Shown in pieces: positions 1-5,816 of a DNA stretch of 5,816 nt. A model generated the notes under the pieces. It was not told the DNA's origin and did no database searches. It worked only from the letters and a program-made list of their open reading frames with translations. A program made the position numbers and the translations under genes. How positions within the stretch are numbered: the stretch's first letter is position 1; each line of letters opens with the position of its first letter. The DNA is from a virus (Duplodnaviria > Heunggongvirae > Uroviricota > Caudoviricetes), in IMG/VR virus record IMGVR_UViG_2706794697_000003. One strand, written 5' to 3'.

Positions 1-14
1 TGTCCAATGTGCAT

Positions 15-48
15 AAAAAAATCCGGAAACAAGTGAGCGTTTCCGGAT
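15..48 (-). terminator. Rho-independent terminator downstream of the portal gene
   Basis: Perfect 10-bp inverted repeat atccggaaac (21-30) / gtttccggat (39-48) with an 8-nt loop. On the plus strand it is preceded by an A-run (15-20), so on the minus strand the hairpin is followed by a U-tract. It lies 33 nt after the portal stop codon (82-84). Confidence 0.7.
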
Positions 49-81
49 TCTTACACAGCCACTGGATCGGTCAACTGATCC

Positions 82-1329
82 TTAACTGATCGGCATTACA
101 CCACCGGGACGCGGATTCATATCTTCCAGGTCGCGGCAGTCATTGGAAGAGTAAATTCCCCAGTTGATCCCGGTGGCGTAGGCTTCAAAACGGGACTTCA
201 TATCCCCGCGCAGTAACGCCCCGGCGTTAAATTTGGCGTAATAAACGCCCTGCTTACTTTTTCGTACCAGTCCGGTGTTGATCCGCTGTTCGATGCGGGT
301 CAGATACGGCACCAGTGAATAGTTGATAAATCCCAGCCCCAGCTCTTCGATATTGTTGAAGGTGGCGCGATCGGTGTTCTGCACCATGTGCAACGGCACC
401 CGGAACAGACGACAGATTTCTTCCAGCTGAAACTTGCGGGTTTCCAGGAACTGACTGTCCTCGGCGTTCAGCGCCATCGACTTCCAGTCCAGCCCCATTT
501 CCAGAATCATCGGGCGGTGAGCATTGCCAAGCCCCGTGTGACACTCCTCAAAATCTTTCTTCAGACGCTCGTAAGCATCCGGCGTGAGCTTTTGTTCCGT
601 ACGCAACACACCGGATGTCACCGCACCATTACTAAACAACCTGGCACCGTGCTCCTCGGTTGCCGCTGCCAGTGAAATGGCCTCACGCGCATACGCAATG
701 GGATTCAGCCCGACAAGTCCATCCAGCGTCAGGGTGCGCACATGCCAGATTTCATTCTGGGTCAACACATCCACGGAACCATCCGGAAACGTCACCTGAT
801 AAACCGGCTGCCACTGGCTGTTCAGCTTCGGTTCCACACAGCCCGGATCTATCGGAAGAAGCTCCACCACTTCTCCCAGTGCCTTTACCTTGTAGGCGTA
901 AAAATTCCCCCGTAGACACAGGCAGACAATAACCAGCTCCCAGAATTCCTGCGGTGTCATGTAGCCATTAGGTTTTGCCGAAACCAACTTATGCAGTCGT
1001 TCATCCACCGCCCGTGTTTTCAGGGTACCGCTGATTTTGTAGAGACTGCAGGGCAGCATACCAACAGACTCTGCCAGCACCCTGACGCAAGAATAGACCG
1101 CCGTCAGGCGCATGGCCCGCTGGCTACTGATCCGCTTTCCGGTATAGGTGTCGTATGACAGCCCGATAGCATCAGCAGTTCTGCTGGCGTGGTCACCGGC
1201 ACATCGCTTTTTCGTTGAAATAATCCCGAAAAGAACACTATTTACCTCCGCCGACAGACTGCCGTGTACGGTCGAGATATCGCGCCACCAGCCACGACCA
1301 GAACAGGCACAGCGCCCCGGCAACAACAA
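82..1329 (-). CDS. Phage portal protein (HK97-family-like); start codon uncertain
   Basis: Long minus-strand ORF directly downstream of the terminase large subunit. The segment [23 protein letters not shown] resembles, from memory, the conserved N-terminal region of HK97-type portals. The ORF-track start at 1329 is a TTG with no clear ribosome-binding site and overlaps the 1238-1420 ORF by 92 nt. The first in-frame ATG is at 1113, which would cut off the conserved motif. The true start therefore probably lies between 1113 and 1329 and may be non-canonical. Confidence 0.75.
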   Translation of the reverse strand: MLLPGRCACSGRGWWRDISTVHGSLSAEVNSVLFGIISTKKRCAGDHASRTADAIGLSYDTYTGKRISSQRAMRLTAVYSCVRVLAESVGMLPCSLYKISGTLKTRAVDERLHKLVSAKPNGYMTPQEFWELVIVCLCLRGNFYAYKVKALGEVVELLPIDPGCVEPKLNSQWQPVYQVTFPDGSVDVLTQNEIWHVRTLTLDGLVGLNPIAYAREAISLAAATEEHGARLFSNGAVTSGVLRTEQKLTPDAYERLKKDFEECHTGLGNAHRPMILEMGLDWKSMALNAEDSQFLETRKFQLEEICRLFRVPLHMVQNTDRATFNNIEELGLGFINYSLVPYLTRIEQRINTGLVRKSKQGVYYAKFNAGALLRGDMKSRFEAYATGINWGIYSSNDCRDLEDMNPRPGGVMPIS

Positions 1330-1420
1330 AACCCGCCGGGGGATAAATCAGCCAGGCACCATACGCCAGCAAAAGCGCACCCAGCACGCCCACCAGAGGC
1401 GCGAGAATCAGCATGATCAT
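1238..1420 (-). CDS. Small hydrophobic protein (60 aa, two predicted transmembrane helices), hypothetical
   Basis: ATG at 1420 with GAGGT 6-7 nt upstream, 11 nt after the terL stop. Codon usage is E. coli-like (CTG, GCG, GTG rich). The product has two hydrophobic stretches and a charged C-terminus ([14 protein letters not shown]). The overlapping portal-frame translation over the same bases looks like out-of-frame junk (rich in C, W, R). Confidence 0.45.
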   Translation of the reverse strand: MIMLILAPLVGVLGALLLAYGAWLIYPPAGFVVAGALCLFWSWLVARYLDRTRQSVGGGK

Positions 1421-1431
1421 AATTACCTCAG

Positions 1432-3165
1432 TTAAAGCGAGCGGATCCCGTAGGACTCAATGTGGTCAGACAGCGTGTCTTCTTTCTCGTACAGCATGGC
1501 TCTGCCAACCGCCATAATCAGCGCAACTGCACCATCGATTTTGTTTTCCGCCTGCTCTTTGACGGGTTTCACCACATCATCGTTACCCGGCATGTTTTTG
1601 CCGACCACGTTGCCGATACACCAGGTCATGATGGGATTGCCGTCATGATGAAAACGTCCCGATTCAATCGCTGCTTCCAGCTCTTTCATCGGATCGGACA
1701 TATTGGTGAAGTTCTGGACGATAGTGACGGGATTCAGGTCTTCATCAGCAAGGTCATGTGACAACCCGGTCGCCCCGAAGGGGTCGATGGGTGACTCACT
1801 GACCGGGCTGATTTTGTTCGCCGCTTTGGCCTCCTCGAGGATGTAGCGATAATCCACCTCCGCACCATCGGTAACGGTCAGAACGCCCATTTCCACCCAT
1901 TTCTGAAAGCGTTCGGCTGTCCGTCGATCTTCATTTTTCTCGACGCTGTACACCGTGTCATACGGTACCCAGAAACGCGGGGCCACACTGTAGTAATGCG
2001 TTTTACCGTCAATCTCGCGGGTATAAAGTCGCGCCATGCTGTTCATATCCAGCTTACGCGCCAGGTCAAAGGCCAGAATGCACGGCTGCCCCTCGAACTG
2101 CTCAAGGGTCAGTGATTTATCCTCGCAGCTCTGCCAGCTCACCAAGTTGAAATACGCCGAACGCGCCGACACCCAGATATTGAGGTGTTTTGTTTTAAAG
2201 ACGTTTGCCAGACGGGCGTTATTTTTCGCACGCTGCTGCTGACTTAACAAAAATTCGCGATAAACCGACACGCCAATATTTGGATTGGCTTTTTCCAGCA
2301 CCTGCGGGCCGGTCCAGTCGTCACCTTCATCAACGGTATAGATGATCCCGAACAGTTCATCGTTAGGCACCGAGCCGTTGAGCATCTCGATGACTTCCCG
2401 CCGCTTGTCGTAGCACGGCCCCTCAATGTTGTACCCGGCGGTGGTGATGGCCCACATCAGTGGCTGACGTCGCGCCCCCATCCCGGTAAGCATTGTGGTA
2501 TAAAGCGCATCGGTGGCATGCTCGTGATATTCATCAACCACGGCACAGTGGGGTGATGAACCATCACCTGGGTTGCCGATCAGCGGTTCAAACCGCGCGC
2601 CATCCTCCGGACGGTTCATGTTTGAGGCGTTAACCTCAATCCCGAACGCTTCCGTCAGCATGGGTGTGCGTTTACACATCAGTCGCGCCGGGCGAAAGAC
2701 TTCCCACGCCTGTTTCTCTGTCGTGGCACCGGAATACACTTCCGCGCCAAACTCGTTATCACAGGCAAAACAATACAGGGCAACACCGGCAGAGATTGCT
2801 GATTTGCCGTTCTTACGGGGGATTTCGGTGTACACCTCCCGGAAGCGGCGCAACCGGGTGCCTTTATTGACCCAGCCAAACGCACAGCAGATCACAAATA
2901 GCTGCCACGGCTCCAGCGTGATGGGCATCCGTTTGAATGCCCACTCCCCCTTGGTGTGCGGCAACAGCTGAATAAATTTCGCGGCCCGTTCAGCCAGGTC
3001 CTTGTCGAAGCGGTAACGAAACGACTTACTTTTTTCCGCCATCAGGTCATCAAGATGGCGCTGGCAGGCCTGAATCACAAACTGGCAGGCAACAATCTTT
3101 CCGCGCACGACATCCCGGGCATACTGATTTGCAGCATTTACGTTGGGGTAAGATTTCCGGCTCAT
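1432..3165 (-). CDS. terL: Phage terminase large subunit (HK97-like ATPase plus nuclease)
   Basis: 577-aa ORF with a Walker A-like motif PRKNGKS and a Walker B-like motif AVVDEYHE in the N-terminal half, and a C-terminal acidic-residue region consistent with an RNaseH-like nuclease. Its start overlaps the terS stop as ATGA (3162-3165), indicating translational coupling. Confidence 0.9.
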   Translation of the reverse strand: MSRKSYPNVNAANQYARDVVRGKIVACQFVIQACQRHLDDLMAEKSKSFRYRFDKDLAERAAKFIQLLPHTKGEWAFKRMPITLEPWQLFVICCAFGWVNKGTRLRRFREVYTEIPRKNGKSAISAGVALYCFACDNEFGAEVYSGATTEKQAWEVFRPARLMCKRTPMLTEAFGIEVNASNMNRPEDGARFEPLIGNPGDGSSPHCAVVDEYHEHATDALYTTMLTGMGARRQPLMWAITTAGYNIEGPCYDKRREVIEMLNGSVPNDELFGIIYTVDEGDDWTGPQVLEKANPNIGVSVYREFLLSQQQRAKNNARLANVFKTKHLNIWVSARSAYFNLVSWQSCEDKSLTLEQFEGQPCILAFDLARKLDMNSMARLYTREIDGKTHYYSVAPRFWVPYDTVYSVEKNEDRRTAERFQKWVEMGVLTVTDGAEVDYRYILEEAKAANKISPVSESPIDPFGATGLSHDLADEDLNPVTIVQNFTNMSDPMKELEAAIESGRFHHDGNPIMTWCIGNVVGKNMPGNDDVVKPVKEQAENKIDGAVALIMAVGRAMLYEKEDTLSDHIESYGIRSL

Positions 3166-3656
3166 GATTCGATAATTTTCAGAAACGGGTTAGTGGCTTT
3201 CTTCTGCCCCGCCAGGCCAATCAGACGCTGGCGGCTGCTGGGGTCGAGTCCGAGCATTGCCCCCGTGCTGCTCATCTCGGACTCCTGTTCTTTTTTGGCG
3301 GTCAGCTCCGGATTTTTGACCCTGCCGCCCATTGCACCGGTGATGGTGTTGCCCTGTATGGCAATATTTTTCACGGCACGTCGCCAGAACTCATAGGCCA
3401 CGCACCACCGCTCAAGTACCGCCAGGTCAGTCACGCACAGCAGGCCCTGACCGCAGAGTTCTTTGGTTGTCAGTTGCCACATGATCGTGGCGAGAGGGAG
3501 ATCTTCTTCAGCGAACCACTCTGGTGGCTCAACACCTTTGATGGGCGTAAAAACAGGTTCATCTTTGTTCAGGGCTCGCTTGCCGGGGTTTCCGGCCAGC
3601 GCCTTGCGCGCCGTTGGCTTGGGGCGACGCCCGGAACGCCCCGCCGTTCCAGCCAT
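3162..3656 (-). CDS. terS: Phage terminase small subunit (P27-family-like)
   Basis: ORF immediately upstream of terL and coupled to it. N-terminus [30 protein letters not shown] is basic, as expected for a DNA-binding small terminase. I place the start at ATG 3656 because AGGAG lies 8 nt upstream. The ORF-track GTG at 3665 sits inside that ribosome-binding site. Confidence 0.8.
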   Translation of the reverse strand: MAGTAGRSGRRPKPTARKALAGNPGKRALNKDEPVFTPIKGVEPPEWFAEEDLPLATIMWQLTTKELCGQGLLCVTDLAVLERWCVAYEFWRRAVKNIAIQGNTITGAMGGRVKNPELTAKKEQESEMSSTGAMLGLDPSSRQRLIGLAGQKKATNPFLKIIES

Positions 3657-3695
3657 ATGCGGCACTCCTGGTTAAATTTCATTTTTCGCGGGTAT

Positions 3696-3755
3696 AAAAA
3701 AACGATGGGGCGGGCAGTCCGGAAGACGTCAGGTCACAGGGATTTGCCCCGCCCC
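3696..3755 (-). other. GC-rich hairpin in the HNH-terS intergenic region; candidate cos region and/or attenuating terminator
   Basis: 8-bp G/C stem ggggcggg (3707-3714) / cccgcccc (3748-3755) around a 33-nt loop that contains a GACGTC palindrome. On the minus strand it is followed by AUCG and then a U7 tract (plus-strand A-run 3696-3702). HK97-type phages place cos between the HNH gene and terS; that is established knowledge, not something the sequence proves here. Confidence 0.3.
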
Positions 3756-3777
3756 TCCCTACAAGTGAGAATAATTA

Positions 3778-4128
3778 TCACCGGATTCGTTCGCGCGCTG
3801 TTTTCGCTTTATGGCAGGGCCAGCACAGACTCTGCAGGTTGCTGTCTGCGTCTGTTCCGCCATGCGCTTTCGGGATGATGTGGTCGACGGTTTTCGCCTC
3901 GCTCACCACACCGACACGCAGACACAACTGACACAGACCTTTATCGCGCTTCAGAATACGGGCACGAATCACCGTCCATTTTGAGCCATAGCCACGCTGG
4001 TGGCGGCTCAGTCCGCGCTGGTGCTGCACCCAGCCTTCACCGCGATGTTTATCGCAGTAACCCGAACTGTCTGTGGTTGTACCTGCACATCCACGCTTAC
4101 GGCAGGCACGTGGGATTAGTGATGGCAT
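3778..4128 (-). CDS. HNH endonuclease (phage packaging-associated)
   Basis: 116-aa ORF with GAGGT 5 nt upstream of its ATG. It has cysteine pairs and the motif DHIIPKAHGGTDADSNLQSLCWPCH, typical of HNH/zinc-finger nucleases. Its position immediately upstream of terS is typical of HK97-like cos phages. Confidence 0.85.
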   Translation of the reverse strand: MPSLIPRACRKRGCAGTTTDSSGYCDKHRGEGWVQHQRGLSRHQRGYGSKWTVIRARILKRDKGLCQLCLRVGVVSEAKTVDHIIPKAHGGTDADSNLQSLCWPCHKAKTARERIR

Positions 4129-4170
4129 AAATACCTCATACCCTGCGAAATGTTTACCACGATAAAAAGG

Positions 4171-4429
4171 CTACTTAATGCACTGAGTGCGGATATACTC
4201 CTGTGCCCCTTCCAGTTGCATCTGCATCGTCATCAGCCGCTCTCTGAGGGTGAAATAATCCCGTTCAGCGGTGTCTGCCAGTCGGGGGCTGGTTGCATTA
4301 TCCACGCCGGAGGCGGTGGTGGCTTCACGCACTGACTGACAGACTGCTTTGATGTGCAACCGACGACGACCAGCGGCAACATCAGCGCGCAGAGTTTCAT
4401 TTTCAGCTTTCGCATCAGCTAACTCCTTC
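4171..4429 (-). CDS. Rz: Rz i-spanin, C-terminal part only (5' end lost in the N-run)
   Basis: Translation KELADAKAENETLRADVAAGRRRLHIKAVCQSVREATTASGVDNATSPRLADTAERDYFTLRERLMTMQMQLEGAQEYIRTQCIK closely matches the C-terminal two-thirds of lambda Rz as I recall it. It carries Rz1 embedded in another frame. The ORF track joins it to the endolysin only because the N-run translates as X. Confidence 0.85.
4233..4415 (-). CDS. Rz1: Rz1 o-spanin (outer-membrane lipoprotein), embedded in Rz
   Basis: 60-aa ORF MRKLKMKLCALMLPLVVVGCTSKQ... with a lipobox (LVVVGC) and a proline-rich stretch (PPPPP). AAGGAG lies 8 nt upstream of the ATG. It sits entirely inside Rz in a different frame, as in lambda. Confidence 0.85.
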   Translation of the reverse strand: MRKLKMKLCALMLPLVVVGCTSKQSVSQCVKPPPPPAWIMQPAPDWQTPLNGIISPSESG

Positions 4430-4679
4430 NNNNNNNNNNNNNNNNNNNNNNNNNNNNNNNNNNNNNNNNNNNNNNNNNNNNNNNNNNNNNNNNNNNNNNN
4501 NNNNNNNNNNNNNNNNNNNNNNNNNNNNNNNNNNNNNNNNNNNNNNNNNNNNNNNNNNNNNNNNNNNNNNNNNNNNNNNNNNNNNNNNNNNNNNNNNNNN
4601 NNNNNNNNNNNNNNNNNNNNNNNNNNNNNNNNNNNNNNNNNNNNNNNNNNNNNNNNNNNNNNNNNNNNNNNNNNNNNNN
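4430..4679. other. 250-nt run of N (assembly gap or masked sequence)
   Basis: Uninterrupted n characters. It covers the 3' end of the endolysin gene and the 5' end of Rz. Confidence 1.
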
Positions 4680-4965
4680 CCGGTATATCGACTTTGATGT
4701 ACGGGTTAATTTGTCTGGCGACAGTGGCAAGGTCTTTATTCAGGAGGGCTTTGCATTCTGCTTCGGTATACGTTTTACCGAGCATGATGTCTTTTCCGGT
4801 GTGTCCGTGACATACAGTCCATACACCAATGATATCTTTGTATGGTATGTAGCTGACACCTTCCAGACCATCGTTACCACCTGGGCCAGTGATTAACACA
4901 GATGCTATAGCAACAGCCCCACCACCAATAGCAGCTGCAACAGCCTTGCGTAATGATGGCGACAT
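4680..4965 (-). CDS. R: SAR endolysin (phage-21 R-like lysozyme), N-terminal 95 aa only (3' end lost in the N-run)
   Basis: N-terminus [30 protein letters not shown] is a Gly/Ala-rich signal-anchor-release segment. It is followed by [25 protein letters not shown], the catalytic region of T4-lysozyme-like muramidases. Its ATG (4965-4963) overlaps the holin stop as TAATG. Confidence 0.85.
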
Positions 4966-5180
4966 TATTCACCTCTCGCAGCCTTACGCTTGTCTTCTCT
5001 TATTTTGAAATACAGATTTGTCAGATAAGTCAGAAGCCCCAGAAGCAGACTTCCCAGCACACCAATCGCAGCCCACTGTGATGGACTGACCTGATCCAAC
5101 CACTGCAAAAACCAGTAGCCGGCACTGCCGGCGGAGGTGCCGTAGGCAATGCCTGTTGATATTTTTTCCATCTGATACAT
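4965..5180 (-). CDS. S: Holin (phage-21 S-like pinholin), two possible starts M1 and M4
   Basis: 71-aa [74 protein letters not shown] with two transmembrane segments and a charged C-terminus. ATG codons at 5180 and 5171 match the dual-start arrangement of lambdoid holins. It is translationally coupled to the endolysin. Confidence 0.9.
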   Translation of the reverse strand: MYQMEKISTGIAYGTSAGSAGYWFLQWLDQVSPSQWAAIGVLGSLLLGLLTYLTNLYFKIREDKRKAARGE

Positions 5181-5210
5181 ATCCCGCCCCCCGACAGACC
5201 TGTGCTATCG

Positions 5211-5247
5211 GAAAGAAAAAAGGCCATCAGCAAAACTCTGATGGCCT
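5211..5247 (-). terminator. Rho-independent terminator upstream of the holin (tR'-like position)
   Basis: Perfect 10-bp inverted repeat aggccatcag (5221-5230) / ctgatggcct (5238-5247) with a 7-nt loop. On the minus strand it is followed by UUUUUUCUUUC (plus-strand gaaagaaaaaa, 5211-5220). It ends about 30 nt upstream of the holin ATG. Confidence 0.7.
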
Positions 5248-5291
5248 GAATCACCTTTACCAATATTGTATGAAAAAACACGCACGACTAA

Positions 5292-5320
5292 TTGACAATA
5301 ATTTTCATTTCCATTAAAAA
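5292..5320 (+). promoter_or_regulatory. Candidate sigma70 promoter on the plus strand
   Basis: Consensus -35 TTGACA (5292-5297), a 17-nt spacer, then TAAAAA (5315-5320). The -10 is weak because it lacks the conserved final T. It lies about 35 nt upstream of the plus-strand terminator-like hairpin. Confidence 0.25.
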
Positions 5321-5355
5321 AGATCGCGTAGCATTCTTAATTCATGAGGAACTTT

Positions 5356-5422
5356 ACCCGCCAGCAATCTGAGTAGCGAAAGCTGTTCATCCCCAATGTT
5401 TTTGCTGGCGGGTCCTTTTTTC
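5356..5422 (+). terminator. Plus-strand terminator-like structure (12-bp stem, large loop, T-tract)
   Basis: Perfect 12-bp inverted repeat acccgccagcaa (5356-5367) / ttgctggcgggt (5402-5413) followed by CCTTTTTTCT. The 34-nt loop contains a small AGC-GAAA-GCT hairpin. The T-tract follows only on the plus strand. Confidence 0.4.
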
Positions 5423-5724
5423 TACGGTCCTCCTCCCCGGAGGGGGGCATTTCATTATTTTTCTAATCGTTACTGGTGAGAAGGCGGAAGAAAAAGCCAG
5501 TTCTTCGCCCCTAAATAACAGCATGATTCCAGTCCATGCAAAATCTGATTTCCAGCTCACACATACCGAGCACTGTACAAAAAACCGCCAGCCAAGGCAG
5601 TTAAGAGTGTGTTCCCGGGGTTTGCTTAGAATATTTTGTAAGTTGTCCGAAGAGATATTTACAACACCAGAATGATGCATTATCAGTCCCCTGCCAGAGG
5701 TTCACTACGTAACCTGACCGACAA

Positions 5725-5816
5725 TGAAGTGGCACACTGAATTTGGCCACCTGAACAGAGGTGATATGCTCACCTCAGAACAACACAGGTGCTCCAATGA
5801 AAAAAAGAAATTTTAG
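5725..5816 (+). mobile_element. Left end of an IS3-family insertion sequence (IS911-like), partial
   Basis: The element starts with TGAAGTGG, a TG-initiated terminal repeat typical of the IS3 family. A 7-bp stem gaggtga/tcacctc follows, then AGGTG and an ATG at 5798 encoding MKKRNF, which matches the N-terminus of IS911 OrfA as I recall it. The element runs off the window end. Confidence 0.6.
5798..5816 (+). CDS. IS3-family transposase OrfA, first 6 codons only
   Basis: ATG at 5798 with AGGTG 7 nt upstream; translation MKKRNF, then the window ends. Confidence 0.5.

Noticed and set aside
254-932. Alternate-frame ORFs inside the portal gene (254-544, 388-675, 584-799, 660-932)
   Set aside because: Shadow ORFs within a long, well-supported coding region. 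The translations are rich in R, P, C and H, as is typical of out-of-frame reading.
1460-3396. Several plus-strand and alternate-frame ORFs inside terL and terS (for example 1462-1761, 2036-2242, 2573-2971, 2956-3396)
   Set aside because: They are antisense or out-of-frame shadows of the well-supported terminase genes, with no ribosome-binding sites and no recognisable motifs.
3663-3665. GTG at 3665 as the terS start
   Set aside because: That GTG lies inside the AGGAGTG ribosome-binding site that serves the ATG at 3656, so the ATG is the more likely start.
82-4128. Capsid-forming phage satellite (PICI-like) packaging module instead of a prophage
   Set aside because: The HNH-terS-terL-portal block is contiguous with and co-oriented to a complete lambdoid lysis cassette, which fits an ordinary HK97-like lambdoid late operon. 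A satellite cannot be excluded without flanking sequence.
3463-4335. Plus-strand ORFs 3463-3675, 3474-3878 and 4150-4335
   Set aside because: They are antisense to terS, the HNH gene and Rz/Rz1 and cross intergenic hairpins. There is no supporting signal.
4349-4810. Plus-strand 153-aa ORF and minus-strand 103-aa ORF (4419-4730) running through the N-run
   Set aside because: Both exist only because the N-run has no stop codons. The flanking residues are antisense or out-of-frame sequence of R and Rz.
4171-4965. Single 264-aa ORF spanning the N-run
   Set aside because: This is an artefact of translating N as X. The two flanks are different genes, the endolysin N-terminus and the Rz C-terminus.
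5030-5281. 83-aa minus-strand ORF overlapping the holin
   Set aside because: It is an alternative frame of the holin gene, runs through the tR'-like terminator, and has no ribosome-binding site.
5250-5345. Minus-strand late promoter (pR'-like) just upstream of the 5211-5247 terminator
   Set aside because: The best hexamers (TTGTCA and TACAAT) are 22-23 nt apart, and no acceptable -35/-10 pair with 16-18 nt spacing was found. The late promoter is probably further right or was displaced by the IS.
5387-5680. 97-aa minus-strand ORF in the region between the IS and the holin
   Set aside because: The translation has no recognisable domain or composition typical of a real protein. It lies in AT-rich leader sequence and overlaps the 5356-5422 hairpin. 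Treated as non-coding, though a degraded remnant of a disrupted gene cannot be excluded.
1-5816. CRISPR arrays, tRNA or rRNA genes, and recognisable defence-system genes (restriction-modification, toxin-antitoxin, Abi, retron-like)
   Set aside because: No direct-repeat/spacer periodicity and no tRNA-like T-arm motifs were seen. Every sizeable ORF is accounted for by lysis, packaging or IS functions.

Overview
The window is a co-oriented (minus-strand) segment of a lambdoid prophage with HK97-type packaging genes, bounded on the right by the left end of an IS3-family insertion sequence. Reading in the direction of transcription (high to low coordinates): an AT-rich leader with an intrinsic terminator (5211-5247), a lysis cassette (phage-21-like holin and SAR endolysin, lambda-like Rz with embedded Rz1), an HNH endonuclease, a GC-rich hairpin region that may hold cos, terminase small and large subunits, a small two-helix membrane ORF, a portal protein, and a strong terminator right after the portal. 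A 250-nt N-run (4430-4679) hides the endolysin/Rz junction. All family assignments come from reading the translated ORFs and recalling known proteins; no database search was run. I do not see convincing evidence for a novel defence or other undescribed system. The less ordinary items are the IS insertion upstream of the late operon, the small membrane ORF that leaves the portal without a canonical start, a possible plus-strand small RNA unit antisense to the late leader, the terminator directly after the portal, and the N-run whose length does not fit the two genes it interrupts.
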